Positions 10,283-20,170 of a DNA stretch of 64,000 nt are shown in pieces (positions within the stretch are counted from its first letter, which is position 1; each line of letters starts with the position of its first letter). The notes under the pieces are model-generated. The model made no database searches. It had not been told where the DNA came from and saw only the letters and a program-made list of their open reading frames with translations. Position numbers and translations under genes: made by a program. The stretch lies in assembly GCA_963836955.1 (NCBI GenBank), contig CAWILO010000004.1:152916-216915 (forward strand), in the 5' to 3' direction. The stretch is from an uncultured delta proteobacterium (GTDB taxonomy: Bacteria; Desulfobacterota; Binatia; Binatales; Binataceae).

Positions 10283-10329
10283 TCTAGAAGCTCTTTCGGC
10301 GCACTGTTTTAGAGGGAGAACGCGGGAGC

Positions 10330-10950
10330 GTGGCGCAACCGAGCAGGCTATCGAGCACCGCAATCGGCCTGATGGCGTTTCTGCCGTGGCTCGTCTTTGG
10401 CTTCGCTTCCGGCTTCAATCACTGGCGCGTCGCAGCCGGCGGCGGCTTGATTCTGTGCCTCATATGTCTCGCCGTGACGATACGCCGTGGCAGCTCGATC
10501 AAGCTGATGGACGCGACCACGCTCGCCTTCTTCGTGATCGTGTCAATCCTTACGATAGGCCTGCGCTCGACCGAGTTCCCTCGATATAACGCCGTGGTGG
10601 TCTGGTCGTGCTTCGCGATTGCCTCGTGGAGTCCGGTCGCGATCGGCCGTCCGTTCACCGTCGCGTATGCTCGCGAGAACGCGCCGCCTGAATTCTGGGA
10701 ACATCCGGTATTCCTGCGGCTCAACCTCGTGATGACTCTTTTCTGGTGCGGATTGATGACCGTCAACGTTGGCATCGCATCGATCGGCGTGATCGTCGGC
10801 GGAATCTTCGGCAGGGTGGTGCTGGGGTTCGCGGTCCCGATGGCGTTGCTGATGTCCGGCTTCGTTTTCAACAAGCGGTTCCCCGCCCGCTACCTGGCGC
10901 GTTCGGGATTCCAACCTCCTGCGCCCAGCCCGAAGGCTTCCACCGCTTAG
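10330..10950 (+). CDS. Multi-pass membrane protein (GRPFT..YARE family)
   Basis: About 6 hydrophobic segments; conserved-looking GRPFTVAYARENAPPEFWEHPVFLRLN loop. Confidence 0.7.
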   Translation: MAQPSRLSSTAIGLMAFLPWLVFGFASGFNHWRVAAGGGLILCLICLAVTIRRGSSIKLMDATTLAFFVIVSILTIGLRSTEFPRYNAVVVWSCFAIASWSPVAIGRPFTVAYARENAPPEFWEHPVFLRLNLVMTLFWCGLMTVNVGIASIGVIVGGIFGRVVLGFAVPMALLMSGFVFNKRFPARYLARSGFQPPAPSPKASTA

Positions 10951-11113
10951 CTGTCACAAAAATTACTCCCCGCATTCGCGCACTTGGGGCGGCCGCGCAG
11001 GTGGACGTTGACCTGCGGTTGCGTGCACAATCGGAACCGCCAAAATGCGTGATGCTAGATCGGGATATGCGTCGAGTAACTGGAACAGTGACAAGTTGAG
11101 GCGTCGAAACTAG

Positions 11114-13372
11114 GTGTGGTCTTCCAGGAAGCTTATTGTCTCGCTCGCGACCGTGGTCCTTCTTTGCATCAGCACCGCCTTCGGCGCGCCTGCGCTAGAC
11201 GAGGCCGCACTCGAACGCAACTTCGACGCGCTCATTCAGCCGTCCGAAATGCGCGACTGGATGAAGCTGCTAGCCTCCCAGCCGAATCATGTAAGCTCGC
11301 CGCACGACAAGGCCAACGCCGACCAGATCCTCGCCTGGTTTAAGGACTGGGGCTGGGACGCGCACATCGAGACGTTCTGGGTGCTCTATCCTAAGCCCGT
11401 AAGCGAGACCTTGGAGTTAGTCGCTCCGCAAAAGTTTACCGCCACCTTGCAGGAGCCGCCGATCCCCGGCGATTCCAGCGCGACCGCCACCGATCCCGCG
11501 CTGCCCGCTTACGTCGCTTACCAGGGCGACGGCGACGTCACCGCCGGCCTCGTTTACGTCAATTATGGGATGCTCGACGACTACAAGATGCTCCAGCGCC
11601 TGGGCGTCAGCGTAAAGGGCAAGATCGTGATTGCGCGCTATGGTTCCGGATGGCGCGGGTTGAAGCCCAAGCTCGCCTACGATCACGGCGCGATCGGATG
11701 CCTCATCTATTCCGACCCTGCGCAGGACGGCTATTCGATCGATGAGACCTATCCTAACGGTCCTATGCGTCCACCGCACGGTGTGCAGCGCGGCTCGGTG
11801 CTCGATATGGGTCTCTATCCAGGCGATCCTCTAACGCCTGGCATAGGTGCCACCAAGGACGCCAAACGCCTGAACAGGTCCGACGCACCGACTATCATGA
11901 AGATTCCGACGCTTCCCATCTCGTATGCCGACGCGCAGGTCTTTCTCGCGGCGCTCGGAGGTCCTGTCGCACCACAAAATTGGCGCGGCGCGCTACCAAT
12001 CACCTACCATGTTGGACCCGGGCCTGCGCTGGTACATCTGGCGGTTAAGTCTGATTGGCAGCTACAGCCGATCTATGACGTCATCGCGATGCTGAAGGGC
12101 TCGACCTGGCCCGACCAGTGGGTTGTGCGCGGTAATCATCACGACGGCTGGGTCTTCGGCGCCACGGATCCGCTGTCGGGACAAGTTGCGCTGCTGGCGG
12201 AGGCCAAGGCTTTCGGCGGTCTCGCCAGGCAGGGATGGCAGCCCAAGCGCACGATCGTCTATACGAGTTGGGACGCCGAAGAGCCGATGCTCGTGGGTTC
12301 GACCGAATGGGCGGAGGAGCACGCGGCCGAACTCAAGAAGAAAGCAGTCCTATACATAAACTCCGACTCCAACGAACGGGGCTTTCTAGGTGTCGGTGGC
12401 AGCCACGACTTCCAGCATCTCGTGAACCAGGTTGCCGCCGACGTAATCGATCCTGAGTCCGGCGTTTCCATAGGTCAGCGTCTGCGCGCGAAAATGCGCA
12501 TAGCCGCCCTCGCACCCACTGCCAACGAGCACGCCAGGGCCGAAGCTAAGATCGCCGCAGATGCGGACAAGGACCTCCCCATCGAAGCGCTCGGGTCGGG
12601 CTCCGACTTTTCAACGTTTCTCGATCACTTAGGAGTGCCGGTGCTCGATGTCGGCTTCTACGAGGAGGGCCATTCCGGCGGCGTCTATCATTCTCGCTAT
12701 GACACCTTCGAGCATCACAGCCGCTTCGTCGATCCGGGTTTCGTGTATGACGCGATGCTGGCGAAAACGGTCGGCCGCATAGTGCTGCGCGTCGCCGACG
12801 CCGGCCTTCCCGTCCAAAACGCGAGTGCCTTCGCCAACGCGGTCTCGGACTATCTCGATCAGGTGAAGAAGCTCGCCGATGACGAGCGCGACGAGGCCGA
12901 GTCTCAAGCCAAACTATTGCACGACCGCGCGTTCCAGCTCGCCGCCGATCCTACCAAGTCGAGCGGCCTTCCCACCACGCTCGACCGCGTCCCGCACCTC
13001 GAGTTCGCGAGCCTTGAGGATGCCGTCGATCGTCTCAAGCGCAGCGCCAAGGCCTATGACGATGCGCTGGCGAAGAACGGCTCACACCTGTCCGGCTCTC
13101 AGATCGCGCAAGTGCAAGCACTTATATTGAACATCGATCAGACTCTGGCCCCCGAGAACGTCGGCCTGCCCGGACGGACCTGGTACAAGAATTTGATCTA
13201 CGCACCCGGCCGCTACACCGGCTACGAAGCCAAGACACTCCCCGGAGTTCGCGAAGCGATCGAGGATCGCCGATGGTCCGACGCCAACCGCTACGCCAAA
13301 CTAACCGCCGACGCGCTAAACGCCTACAGCGACCGCCTGAGCCAGGCCACAACCGTCCTCAACGGCAGCTAG
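11114..13372 (+). CDS. Secreted M28 peptidase with PA and transferrin-receptor-like dimerisation domains (glutamate carboxypeptidase II-like)
   Basis: Signal peptide; YVNYG, GNHHDGWVFGATDP, WDAEE, GSGSDF, YHSRYD motifs. Confidence 0.92.
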   Translation: MWSSRKLIVSLATVVLLCISTAFGAPALDEAALERNFDALIQPSEMRDWMKLLASQPNHVSSPHDKANADQILAWFKDWGWDAHIETFWVLYPKPVSETLELVAPQKFTATLQEPPIPGDSSATATDPALPAYVAYQGDGDVTAGLVYVNYGMLDDYKMLQRLGVSVKGKIVIARYGSGWRGLKPKLAYDHGAIGCLIYSDPAQDGYSIDETYPNGPMRPPHGVQRGSVLDMGLYPGDPLTPGIGATKDAKRLNRSDAPTIMKIPTLPISYADAQVFLAALGGPVAPQNWRGALPITYHVGPGPALVHLAVKSDWQLQPIYDVIAMLKGSTWPDQWVVRGNHHDGWVFGATDPLSGQVALLAEAKAFGGLARQGWQPKRTIVYTSWDAEEPMLVGSTEWAEEHAAELKKKAVLYINSDSNERGFLGVGGSHDFQHLVNQVAADVIDPESGVSIGQRLRAKMRIAALAPTANEHARAEAKIAADADKDLPIEALGSGSDFSTFLDHLGVPVLDVGFYEEGHSGGVYHSRYDTFEHHSRFVDPGFVYDAMLAKTVGRIVLRVADAGLPVQNASAFANAVSDYLDQVKKLADDERDEAESQAKLLHDRAFQLAADPTKSSGLPTTLDRVPHLEFASLEDAVDRLKRSAKAYDDALAKNGSHLSGSQIAQVQALILNIDQTLAPENVGLPGRTWYKNLIYAPGRYTGYEAKTLPGVREAIEDRRWSDANRYAKLTADALNAYSDRLSQATTVLNGS

Positions 13373-13473
13373 CTCTTGCTATCGAACTTTGACGGCAAGT
13401 GACAAGAGTGCGCCTGTTAAGTGGGGTATCGGGGAAACTTAAGAGGGATTCTGATCTATCCGGGAGGAGAATC

Positions 13474-13737
13474 ATGCTGCGAAAAGTACGCAATACTCGT
13501 TGGATCGCAAGCGCATCGGGACTGCTCGTCATGGCCGCAGGGATTTCCGCATGCTCGATGTTCTCGGCGTCGAATGTACCAATCGATTGCGACGTCGTGA
13601 AAACGCAATTGCAGGCGGGGCAGACCGACGATCAGATCGCTTCTAACTTGAGTACCACGCCGGACAAGGTCGCCGCCTGCCACGGTCCGGCGACCGAGGG
13701 TAACAAAACTACGATCGTCCCTGAAAAGGGATACTGA
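13474..13737 (+). CDS. Small putative lipoprotein
   Basis: GGAGGAG RBS; signal peptide ending ISAC lipobox; two further Cys. Confidence 0.7.
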   Translation: MLRKVRNTRWIASASGLLVMAAGISACSMFSASNVPIDCDVVKTQLQAGQTDDQIASNLSTTPDKVAACHGPATEGNKTTIVPEKGY

Positions 13738-13770
13738 TCGGCAACGGAATCACGACCGACCGGCACTTGC

Positions 13771-14226
13771 CTATTTGTGTTCGCCTTCGGGCAGGTTGAC
13801 GGTCGATTTGGATCCGTGGTCCAGGACAAAGAGAACAAGTATCGTCGCCGGCTTGCTCGTGCTCGCGTTCCTGCAGATCACGTGATGCTCGTATGGTTGC
13901 TCGACCCACGACTGACCGGCTCGATAAGTCTTTTTCGATTGCCCATCGAGCTGCGAGACCATTTCGCCATCCGTCACATACACAAACGTATAACCGGGAT
14001 GGATGTGCGGAGGATCGCCGACTCCCGGCGCATATTCGACAGTCATCAGCACGATGTCTTTAGGAGGCTTGCTGTCCGAAGTCTTCTGAAACAGGATCGT
14101 TTCCTTCTCTCCCTCCGGAGTAGCCTCCGACGCCGCAGTCTCCGCGTATCCAGCCACCGAGATTGCGAGGAGTAAAAGGCCCACGAGCACGAGATGAACG
14201 GACCTGATCAGCCGCGGAACGCGCAT
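13771..14226 (-). CDS. Exported cupin-domain protein
   Basis: Signal peptide; PPHIHPG...YVTDGE...WVEQPYEHH cupin motifs. Confidence 0.85.
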   Translation of the reverse strand: MRVPRLIRSVHLVLVGLLLLAISVAGYAETAASEATPEGEKETILFQKTSDSKPPKDIVLMTVEYAPGVGDPPHIHPGYTFVYVTDGEMVSQLDGQSKKTYRAGQSWVEQPYEHHVICRNASTSKPATILVLFVLDHGSKSTVNLPEGEHK

Positions 14227-14227
14227 A

Positions 14228-15202
14228 TCAACCCGCGACTGGTTCGAGCCGATCGGCGCGGGCAGCTTCACCCTCGCTATGCGATAGAGAAGCCGGGCTC
14301 CTGCCCCTGCTATATTGCCGCGGCGAACAGCCCATCACCCTCTTGAAGGCTGTGCTGAAGGCGCTTTCGGATTCGTAGCCGAGCGAGAGCGCAATCACGG
14401 AAATGGGATCCTTGGAATTCACCAGCCTGTCCCCGGCCAACAGCATTCTCCAGCGCGTCAGGTATTCCATGGGTGACGTGCCAACCGTCTCTTTGAATTT
14501 CAGGGCAAAGGTCGATCGCGACATGCCCGCCCGCGTCGCCAGCTCCTCTACTGTCCAGCGATGCGCCGGATCGTCATGCATTGAACTGATTGCCGCGCTC
14601 ATCTGTTTATCCGCCAGGGCGAAGAGCCACCCAACTCCTCCTCTCAACCCTTCCGCCAGATGCAGCCGCAGGGCCTGCACCAGCATCATGTAGGCTATCT
14701 GTTGTGCGACCAGAAAGCTGCCCGGCTGCCGCTCGCGCAGCTCCTCCATCATCCGCTCCAGCGACCAGCGCATCGCCGCCTTGTCCGATTCTTTCCGGAT
14801 ATGCACGATCGGCGGCAGCATCCCCAACAGGATGCCGGCATGCTTGCCGGTAAGAGCGAAGTGTCCGCCGACAATAAAGCAATCCCCGCCTCCATTGAAC
14901 GTGGCGACGCCACTATCTCGCCTGGCCGATAAAATCGTTTGGTAGTCGATAGGAGTCAGACTTAGATCGGTTGCAAGGCGAAATGGCGACCCACTCGCGA
15001 GGATAAAGCAGTCTCCCGCCTCCAGCCGTACCGCGTCGGGAACGCCCTCCACCGACAGCCAGCCCTGGCCAGAAACCAGCGCGTAGCATTTGATGCCTTC
15101 ATGCTGGGGGAACTGGACGGACAACTGCCCTCCCACATCAAAGCCACCCGACGAATAACTGCGCGGCTTCAGCAGCGACAGCACATCTGAAAGTGGATCC
15201 AT
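14228..15202 (-). CDS. AraC family transcriptional regulator (cupin + HTH, RclR-like)
   Basis: MDPLSDVLSLL N-terminus; WTVEELA..AGMSRSTF, LGYESESAFSTAFKR. Confidence 0.93.
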   Translation of the reverse strand: MDPLSDVLSLLKPRSYSSGGFDVGGQLSVQFPQHEGIKCYALVSGQGWLSVEGVPDAVRLEAGDCFILASGSPFRLATDLSLTPIDYQTILSARRDSGVATFNGGGDCFIVGGHFALTGKHAGILLGMLPPIVHIRKESDKAAMRWSLERMMEELRERQPGSFLVAQQIAYMMLVQALRLHLAEGLRGGVGWLFALADKQMSAAISSMHDDPAHRWTVEELATRAGMSRSTFALKFKETVGTSPMEYLTRWRMLLAGDRLVNSKDPISVIALSLGYESESAFSTAFKRVMGCSPRQYSRGRSPASLSHSEGEAARADRLEPVAG

Positions 15203-15216
15203 GGCTCTCTTTCCAA

Positions 15217-16200
15217 CTATGAGTTCACGTGCTCAGCGAGGGATGCAAGCCGCGCTATCAGCCCTACCGCATTGTCCCGGTAAATGCGCTCGCGATCCTT
15301 CTCGCTGAAAAACTCGCTCGATTCGAGCTGCTGATTGGTACCTAGGACTACCGAGTCAGGGGCCCAGGGCCAATCGCTCCCATAGACAATATGCGAAGTG
15401 TCGGAAATCTGTAGCAACGATGAGAGCGTGTGCTTCGATCCGGCTAAAGCTGTGTCGTAATACAGCCTGCGCAGGTAAGACATCGCGTCTCCTTTAATCG
15501 CAGGCTCTCGCGCGATTGCGCCGCCAACCCTCGTGATCCTTTCGGCCAAGATTGGCAGCGCGCCACCATTGTGCGGAACGATAATTCGAATGTCCGGGCA
15601 CCTCTCGAGCGTTCCGCTGAAAATCAGGTTCGTCACCGCACGCGTAGTATCGAATGGGAACTCGATCATCGGCCGCGCATAGCCCATTGCACAGTCCTTC
15701 CAGCAACTAGGCGAGGTGGGATGAATGAAGATCACCGTTTTGCGGCGATTCAGCTCATCGAAGATCGGATCGAACTTCTTATCACCTGGATAGGTGCCTC
15801 CAGCATTTGTCTTGAGTGCTATTCCGTCCGCGTGAAGGACATCGATCGCATAGGCTAGCTCTTCGAGCGATCCCTCAACGTCAGGCATCGGTAGTTCAGC
15901 GAAGAGTCCGAAACGTGTCGGAAATTTCGCGACGGTGTCAGCCCCCGACTCATTGACCCTCCGAGCAAGTCGTCTGCCGGCTGCGTCGTCGCCGTAATGC
16001 ACCCCCGGCGACGAAATCGATAGCACTCCGGTAGCGATTCCAAGCTTGTCGTAGGTCTCCAACGCTCTTTCAGGACTCCATTCCGGGTAACCTCGCATAC
16101 CGTCAGGATGGACAATCCCCGCTCCACGCAGTTCATCCGCGTAGCCGGGAGGCAGGTAGTGTGCATGTACATCAATCTTGCCAGTAAGGTCTGATTTCAT
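15217..16200 (-). CDS. Amidohydrolase family protein (ACMSD/decarboxylase-like)
   Basis: IDVHAH, IFIHP, IVPHNGG, YYDTA, YGSDWPW; start MKSDLTG at 16200. Confidence 0.88.
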   Translation of the reverse strand: MKSDLTGKIDVHAHYLPPGYADELRGAGIVHPDGMRGYPEWSPERALETYDKLGIATGVLSISSPGVHYGDDAAGRRLARRVNESGADTVAKFPTRFGLFAELPMPDVEGSLEELAYAIDVLHADGIALKTNAGGTYPGDKKFDPIFDELNRRKTVIFIHPTSPSCWKDCAMGYARPMIEFPFDTTRAVTNLIFSGTLERCPDIRIIVPHNGGALPILAERITRVGGAIAREPAIKGDAMSYLRRLYYDTALAGSKHTLSSLLQISDTSHIVYGSDWPWAPDSVVLGTNQQLESSEFFSEKDRERIYRDNAVGLIARLASLAEHVNS

Positions 16201-16220
16201 AGTCACTAATCCAATTAATC

Positions 16221-16290
16221 CAGTGGGGCGGGCCGCCGTGCCCAGTGGGGCGGGCCGCCGTGCCCAGTGGGGCGGGCCGCCGTGCCCGCC
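16221..16290. repeat. 3 x 22-bp perfect tandem repeat of a REP-like unit
   Basis: CAGTGGGGCGGGCCGCCGTGCC at 16221, 16243 and 16265; last copy completes hairpin GGCGGGC-cgccgt-GCCCGCC. Confidence 0.9.
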
Positions 16291-16427
16291 GAATGTGCGA
16301 GCATCATCCCGGACGATCACGAAGATAATACGGACTCTACAGCATAGATTGTATTGCCTCCAGCGCTTATCTTGACAATAACGCGGCCGCACACGCGGTC
16401 ATGAAACGAAGTTAAGGAGAAATCGTG

Positions 16428-17309
16428 ATGCGTGTCTTCGTCACTGGTGCCACAGGATTTATCGGCGCTGCCCTTGTCCACGAGCTAATCAACGCCGGCC
16501 ATCAGGTGCTCGGTCTTGCGCGCTCAGATGCGGGCGCCAAATCGCTGGTCGCCGCGGGCGCGCAAGTGCATCGCGGCGATCTTGATGACCTCGAAAGCCT
16601 GCGCAGTGGAGCAGCCATATCGGATGGCGTGATTCACCTCGCCTTCAATCACGACTTCTCGAAGTACGTCGAGAACTGTCAGGCAGACAGGCATGCTATC
16701 GAGGCGCTCGGCTCGGTGCTCGTTGGATCAGACCGGCCGCTGGTCGTTACCTCGGGCACCGCGGTGGCCTTCGTTCCGGGCCGCGTCGCAACCGAAGACG
16801 ATCCGCCCGTGCCCAGCTCGATGATGCCGCGCAGCGCTTCGGAAGAAGCTGCTACCGAGATGGTATCGCGGGGCGTGCGCGCGACGGCGATGCGCCTGCC
16901 GCAGGTCCACAACCGGCTCAAGCATGGCCTCATCACTCCCCTGATCGAGATAGCCCGCGCGAAGGGCGTCTCGGCGTACGTCGGCGACGGGCGCAACCGA
17001 TGGCCCGCGGCTCACTTGCTCGATACCGCGCGGCTATACCGGCTGGCGCTCGAAAAGGGCCTTGCAGGAGAACGCTTTAACGCGGTCGCCGAAGAAGGCG
17101 TGCCGCTGCGGGAAATCGCTGAAGCAGTAGGCCGGCGCATCAACGTGCCGGTCGTCTCAAAAACCCCCGAAGAGGCCTCCGAACATTTCGGCTGGCTCGC
17201 GTTCTTCGTGGGTAACGACGCTCCTGCCTCAAGCGCGAGAACGCAGGAACGCCTGGGATGGCGCCCAACGCAAACCGGCCTCATCGCCGACCTCGAGCAT
17301 CCAGAGTAA
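16428..17309 (+). CDS. NAD-dependent epimerase/dehydratase (atypical SDR)
   Basis: MRVFVTGATGFIG, VIHLAF, RLPQVH; AAGGAG RBS. Confidence 0.9.
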   Translation: MRVFVTGATGFIGAALVHELINAGHQVLGLARSDAGAKSLVAAGAQVHRGDLDDLESLRSGAAISDGVIHLAFNHDFSKYVENCQADRHAIEALGSVLVGSDRPLVVTSGTAVAFVPGRVATEDDPPVPSSMMPRSASEEAATEMVSRGVRATAMRLPQVHNRLKHGLITPLIEIARAKGVSAYVGDGRNRWPAAHLLDTARLYRLALEKGLAGERFNAVAEEGVPLREIAEAVGRRINVPVVSKTPEEASEHFGWLAFFVGNDAPASSARTQERLGWRPTQTGLIADLEHPE

Positions 17310-17401
17310 TTCGAAGGCCACAACAGATACGATACAAGGCCTGAACGGACAGCGACCCACGGCGACCGCGCAACGCTCCAGCGGTCGTTAAGAATCAGGC
17401 T

Positions 17402-17911
17402 TCACACACCTGCCCGCCGCCGGCTTGAGGCTTCTGTCTTATGCAAATAGCTCGTAAACCCATCGCCCGGCGGCGCGATCGAGTTTTGCATCATGATCAA
17501 ACTGATTTGCCCCCGATGGTATTCGCCATGAACTGTCACGTGCGTCAGCATTTCTTCCCGTGACATGCGGCCCGGCAAGCCATCGGTAAATGTAAAGTCG
17601 ATACGCTCGCCCAACCGTGCTTCATCCAGAAGCGATACATAGTTGATATACCACTGATCGTTGGTCTTGATCGCCGCCGACAATTCTTCCAGCGATGGCG
17701 CCTGGCCTGCGTTGGGCGAGGTGTATCCGTGCTCAGTTCCCGTCAAGTTCGCAGCGAAGATCCGGTCGACAGCATAAGTGTGGTTGAGGACTCTGACGGC
17801 GATCTCCTTTGCAGCAGAGGCATCGTCAAATTGTCGCATTGCCGTAAGAATCTCTTCGTTGGCCTTTGCCTTGTAGCTGAAGACCCGTTCTAGCGTGCTG
17901 ACTTGATCCAT
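17402..17911 (-). CDS. DinB family protein
   Basis: LNHTYAVDRIF and HVTVHGEYHRGQI His motifs. Confidence 0.85.
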   Translation of the reverse strand: MDQVSTLERVFSYKAKANEEILTAMRQFDDASAAKEIAVRVLNHTYAVDRIFAANLTGTEHGYTSPNAGQAPSLEELSAAIKTNDQWYINYVSLLDEARLGERIDFTFTDGLPGRMSREEMLTHVTVHGEYHRGQISLIMMQNSIAPPGDGFTSYLHKTEASSRRRAGV

Positions 17912-17953
17912 CTTCTTTCTCCCGATTGAGATAATAGCGAACTCGCCCTCTTA

Positions 17954-18104
17954 GGAGGCTCTGCGTAACCGGCCCGGCCGTCTGTCTCCTCGCCTGTTAG
18001 GGCGAGAATGAAGGTGCGGGTCCTTGTGCAGCGCGCTCTTTTCCGCGCGATTCAGGATTCTGCCTCCGCTCTGAACACGCACGCCCGGGTTACCCAAAGC
18101 TCTG
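17954..18104. mobile_element. Degenerate ~151-bp MITE-like element (copy 1)
   Basis: Aligns along its length with the reverse complement of 37948..38099; decayed TIRs; flanked by CTCTTA / CTCTAA. Confidence 0.7.
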
Positions 18105-18123
18105 CTCTAAGGGATCATTTCCA

Positions 18124-18906
18124 TCACACTGATTGCGAAGGCTTCCTCGCGGTCACGGTGCGCGCAGGAGGAAACGTCCAGAAACTGAGACCGGAGATTT
18201 CCACATCGATCATATCCGACTTGCGCAACTCGTCGGCGTAGAGGTCGGCGCCATGGAGGTCGGAAATCGCCACCTGGCCGCCTTGCTTGAGGGTGCGCAC
18301 GATTTCACGGATGGCTTCGCGGCGTCCTTCGCCGCTGGTAATGTTGTGGATGGCGAAGTGTGCGACGGTGGCGTCGAAACTGCCGTCGGCGAAGGGCATT
18401 TTGCGCATGTCGCCGTCATCAACGCTGACTCGCTGCGCGACTCCCTCCAGCGCGGCATTTCTTAGCGTGGCTTCACGCGAATTGTCCGACTGCTGCCACT
18501 GCGACCACAGATCGATGCCTACCGCGCGACCTCGCGGCACCAGCTTTGCCGCGGCGATGAGCAGGAGCCCGTGCCCACAACCGACATCGAGCACGGTTTC
18601 GTCTCCGCGGAGCTTCAAGCGCGCCAGGATACGGTCGCGTGCGTGGAGTTTACCGAAGCGACTGCTGGCGAACATGAGAGTCGCGAGGATCAAAAAGCAA
18701 AAGCCAGAAATTTGAAGCGTGTAAGCCAGGCCGAGGTGCCGGCTCGAAGTCCATACGAGAACGAAACCAATGATCGCTCCCGCGAGGCCGAGGACGAACA
18801 TCGCGTAAACGGCTGCACCCGCATCGAGACCATAGTCCGGCGCTTGTCTGCTCATGACCCTGCTACCTGCTTGTGTGGACATCGTCGTGACTTGCGTTTT
18901 CATCAT
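18124..18906 (-). CDS. Membrane-anchored class I SAM methyltransferase
   Basis: Two TM helices, then VLDVGCGHG, GIDLW, GDMRKMPF, AIHNI. Confidence 0.88.
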   Translation of the reverse strand: MMKTQVTTMSTQAGSRVMSRQAPDYGLDAGAAVYAMFVLGLAGAIIGFVLVWTSSRHLGLAYTLQISGFCFLILATLMFASSRFGKLHARDRILARLKLRGDETVLDVGCGHGLLLIAAAKLVPRGRAVGIDLWSQWQQSDNSREATLRNAALEGVAQRVSVDDGDMRKMPFADGSFDATVAHFAIHNITSGEGRREAIREIVRTLKQGGQVAISDLHGADLYADELRKSDMIDVEISGLSFWTFPPARTVTARKPSQSV

Positions 18907-18962
18907 CGATAAAATACAAGTGATCGCTCACAATTGTAAACTCGCATTCCGAGGCTCGTGCG

Positions 18963-19589
18963 ATGGCGCAAAAACCGCAAACAAACCCCAGAAAATCCGC
19001 CTCTCAAGAGCGATCGCGTCTAACCGTCGATGCCCTTCTCGAAGCGACTGCTCGCATTCTGATGAAAGAAGGTTATGACCGGACGAGCACCAACCGGATC
19101 GCCGAGCTGGCCGGCGTCAGTATCGGCTCGCTCTACCAGTACTTCCCGAGCAAGGAGGCGCTGGTAGCGGCTGTTATTGACCGTCATACACAAGAAATTT
19201 CCGGGGTGACGCGCAAGGCCCTGCTCAAGGCGGCTGCGCTCCCGCTCGAGGCCGCGGCGCGCGAATTCGTTTCAGTTGCAATCGACGCTCACCGCGTCAA
19301 TCCCAAGCTGCATGGCGTCCTTGCGGAACAGATCCCGCGCGTCGGGCGGCTCGAAAACATCGAGGCAAATATCCGAGACGGTTATGCACTGGTCCGGGGC
19401 TATCTCGAGGCGCATCGCGATGAGATCGACGTCGCCGACCTCGATCTCGCGGCCTTCGTCCTGGTGACTGTCGTGGAGGCGCTGACCCACGCAGCAGTCC
19501 TGCGCCGCCCAGACATCCTCACCGGCGACAAAGCAAGACACTTTGTGGACGACGTAACCCGCCTGGTAGTCCGCTACCTGAAAGCCTAG
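18963..19589 (+). CDS. TetR/AcrR family regulator
   Basis: PRKSASQERS, IAELAGVSIGSLYQYFPSKE; divergent from the methyltransferase. Confidence 0.93.
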   Translation: MAQKPQTNPRKSASQERSRLTVDALLEATARILMKEGYDRTSTNRIAELAGVSIGSLYQYFPSKEALVAAVIDRHTQEISGVTRKALLKAAALPLEAAAREFVSVAIDAHRVNPKLHGVLAEQIPRVGRLENIEANIRDGYALVRGYLEAHRDEIDVADLDLAAFVLVTVVEALTHAAVLRRPDILTGDKARHFVDDVTRLVVRYLKA

Positions 19590-19724
19590 GTCCCGCCAAC
19601 GCCCCTTCAGCAAAGGCCAACAATTCGCCCGCTCGCGCTGACCGTTTGTGTCCGCCATTTGTCGGTCGCCGTTGCTCTGGTAAACCCATTTCGACGATTG
19701 AGTTTTGAATAAAACGGAAATCGC

Positions 19725-20159
19725 TTGGCTCCCTTAAATCCGCCGATAAAGTTGCTCGAACGCACCCGCTGGAAAGATCGGGACACGTTCGCGAGTCTCA
19801 TCAAGGCCAATCTCGGCAAAATAAAAGCTCGCCAACTAATCATTTCTGCCGAGCACGTTCCGGGGTTGATCGACAAGATAGCAGATCACCTTGACGACAC
19901 TATGGAACCCGGAGCGGAGTTTCAGTTGGATGCATACCAACCACCGCGCGAAACAACGAAGAGGAAGCGCAAACCTTCATCTAGGGTCCCTAGGGGGACA
20001 GCAAAGTTATGGAAACAACTTGTTGCCAGCGAGGAACAAGCGCGCATTGAAATACGCGTTTTCACAAAAGGGAAGGCCTTCACACTCTTTTTCGAGCCGA
20101 TCAAAGCGGACGATGAACTCGAAAACGCGTTCTGGAAGGACGAGTTCGGAGACGGATGA
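19725..20159 (+). CDS. Hypothetical protein heading the repeat-gene array
   Basis: 144-aa ORF with TTG start; stop overlaps ATGA at 20156; no family recognised. Confidence 0.5.
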   Translation: MAPLNPPIKLLERTRWKDRDTFASLIKANLGKIKARQLIISAEHVPGLIDKIADHLDDTMEPGAEFQLDAYQPPRETTKRKRKPSSRVPRGTAKLWKQLVASEEQARIEIRVFTKGKAFTLFFEPIKADDELENAFWKDEFGDG

Positions 20160-20170
20160 ATCGTAGGTCG

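Noticed and set aside
16221-16290. 22-bp repeats as a CRISPR array
   Set aside because: The repeats are directly adjacent with no spacers, and no cas genes are present.
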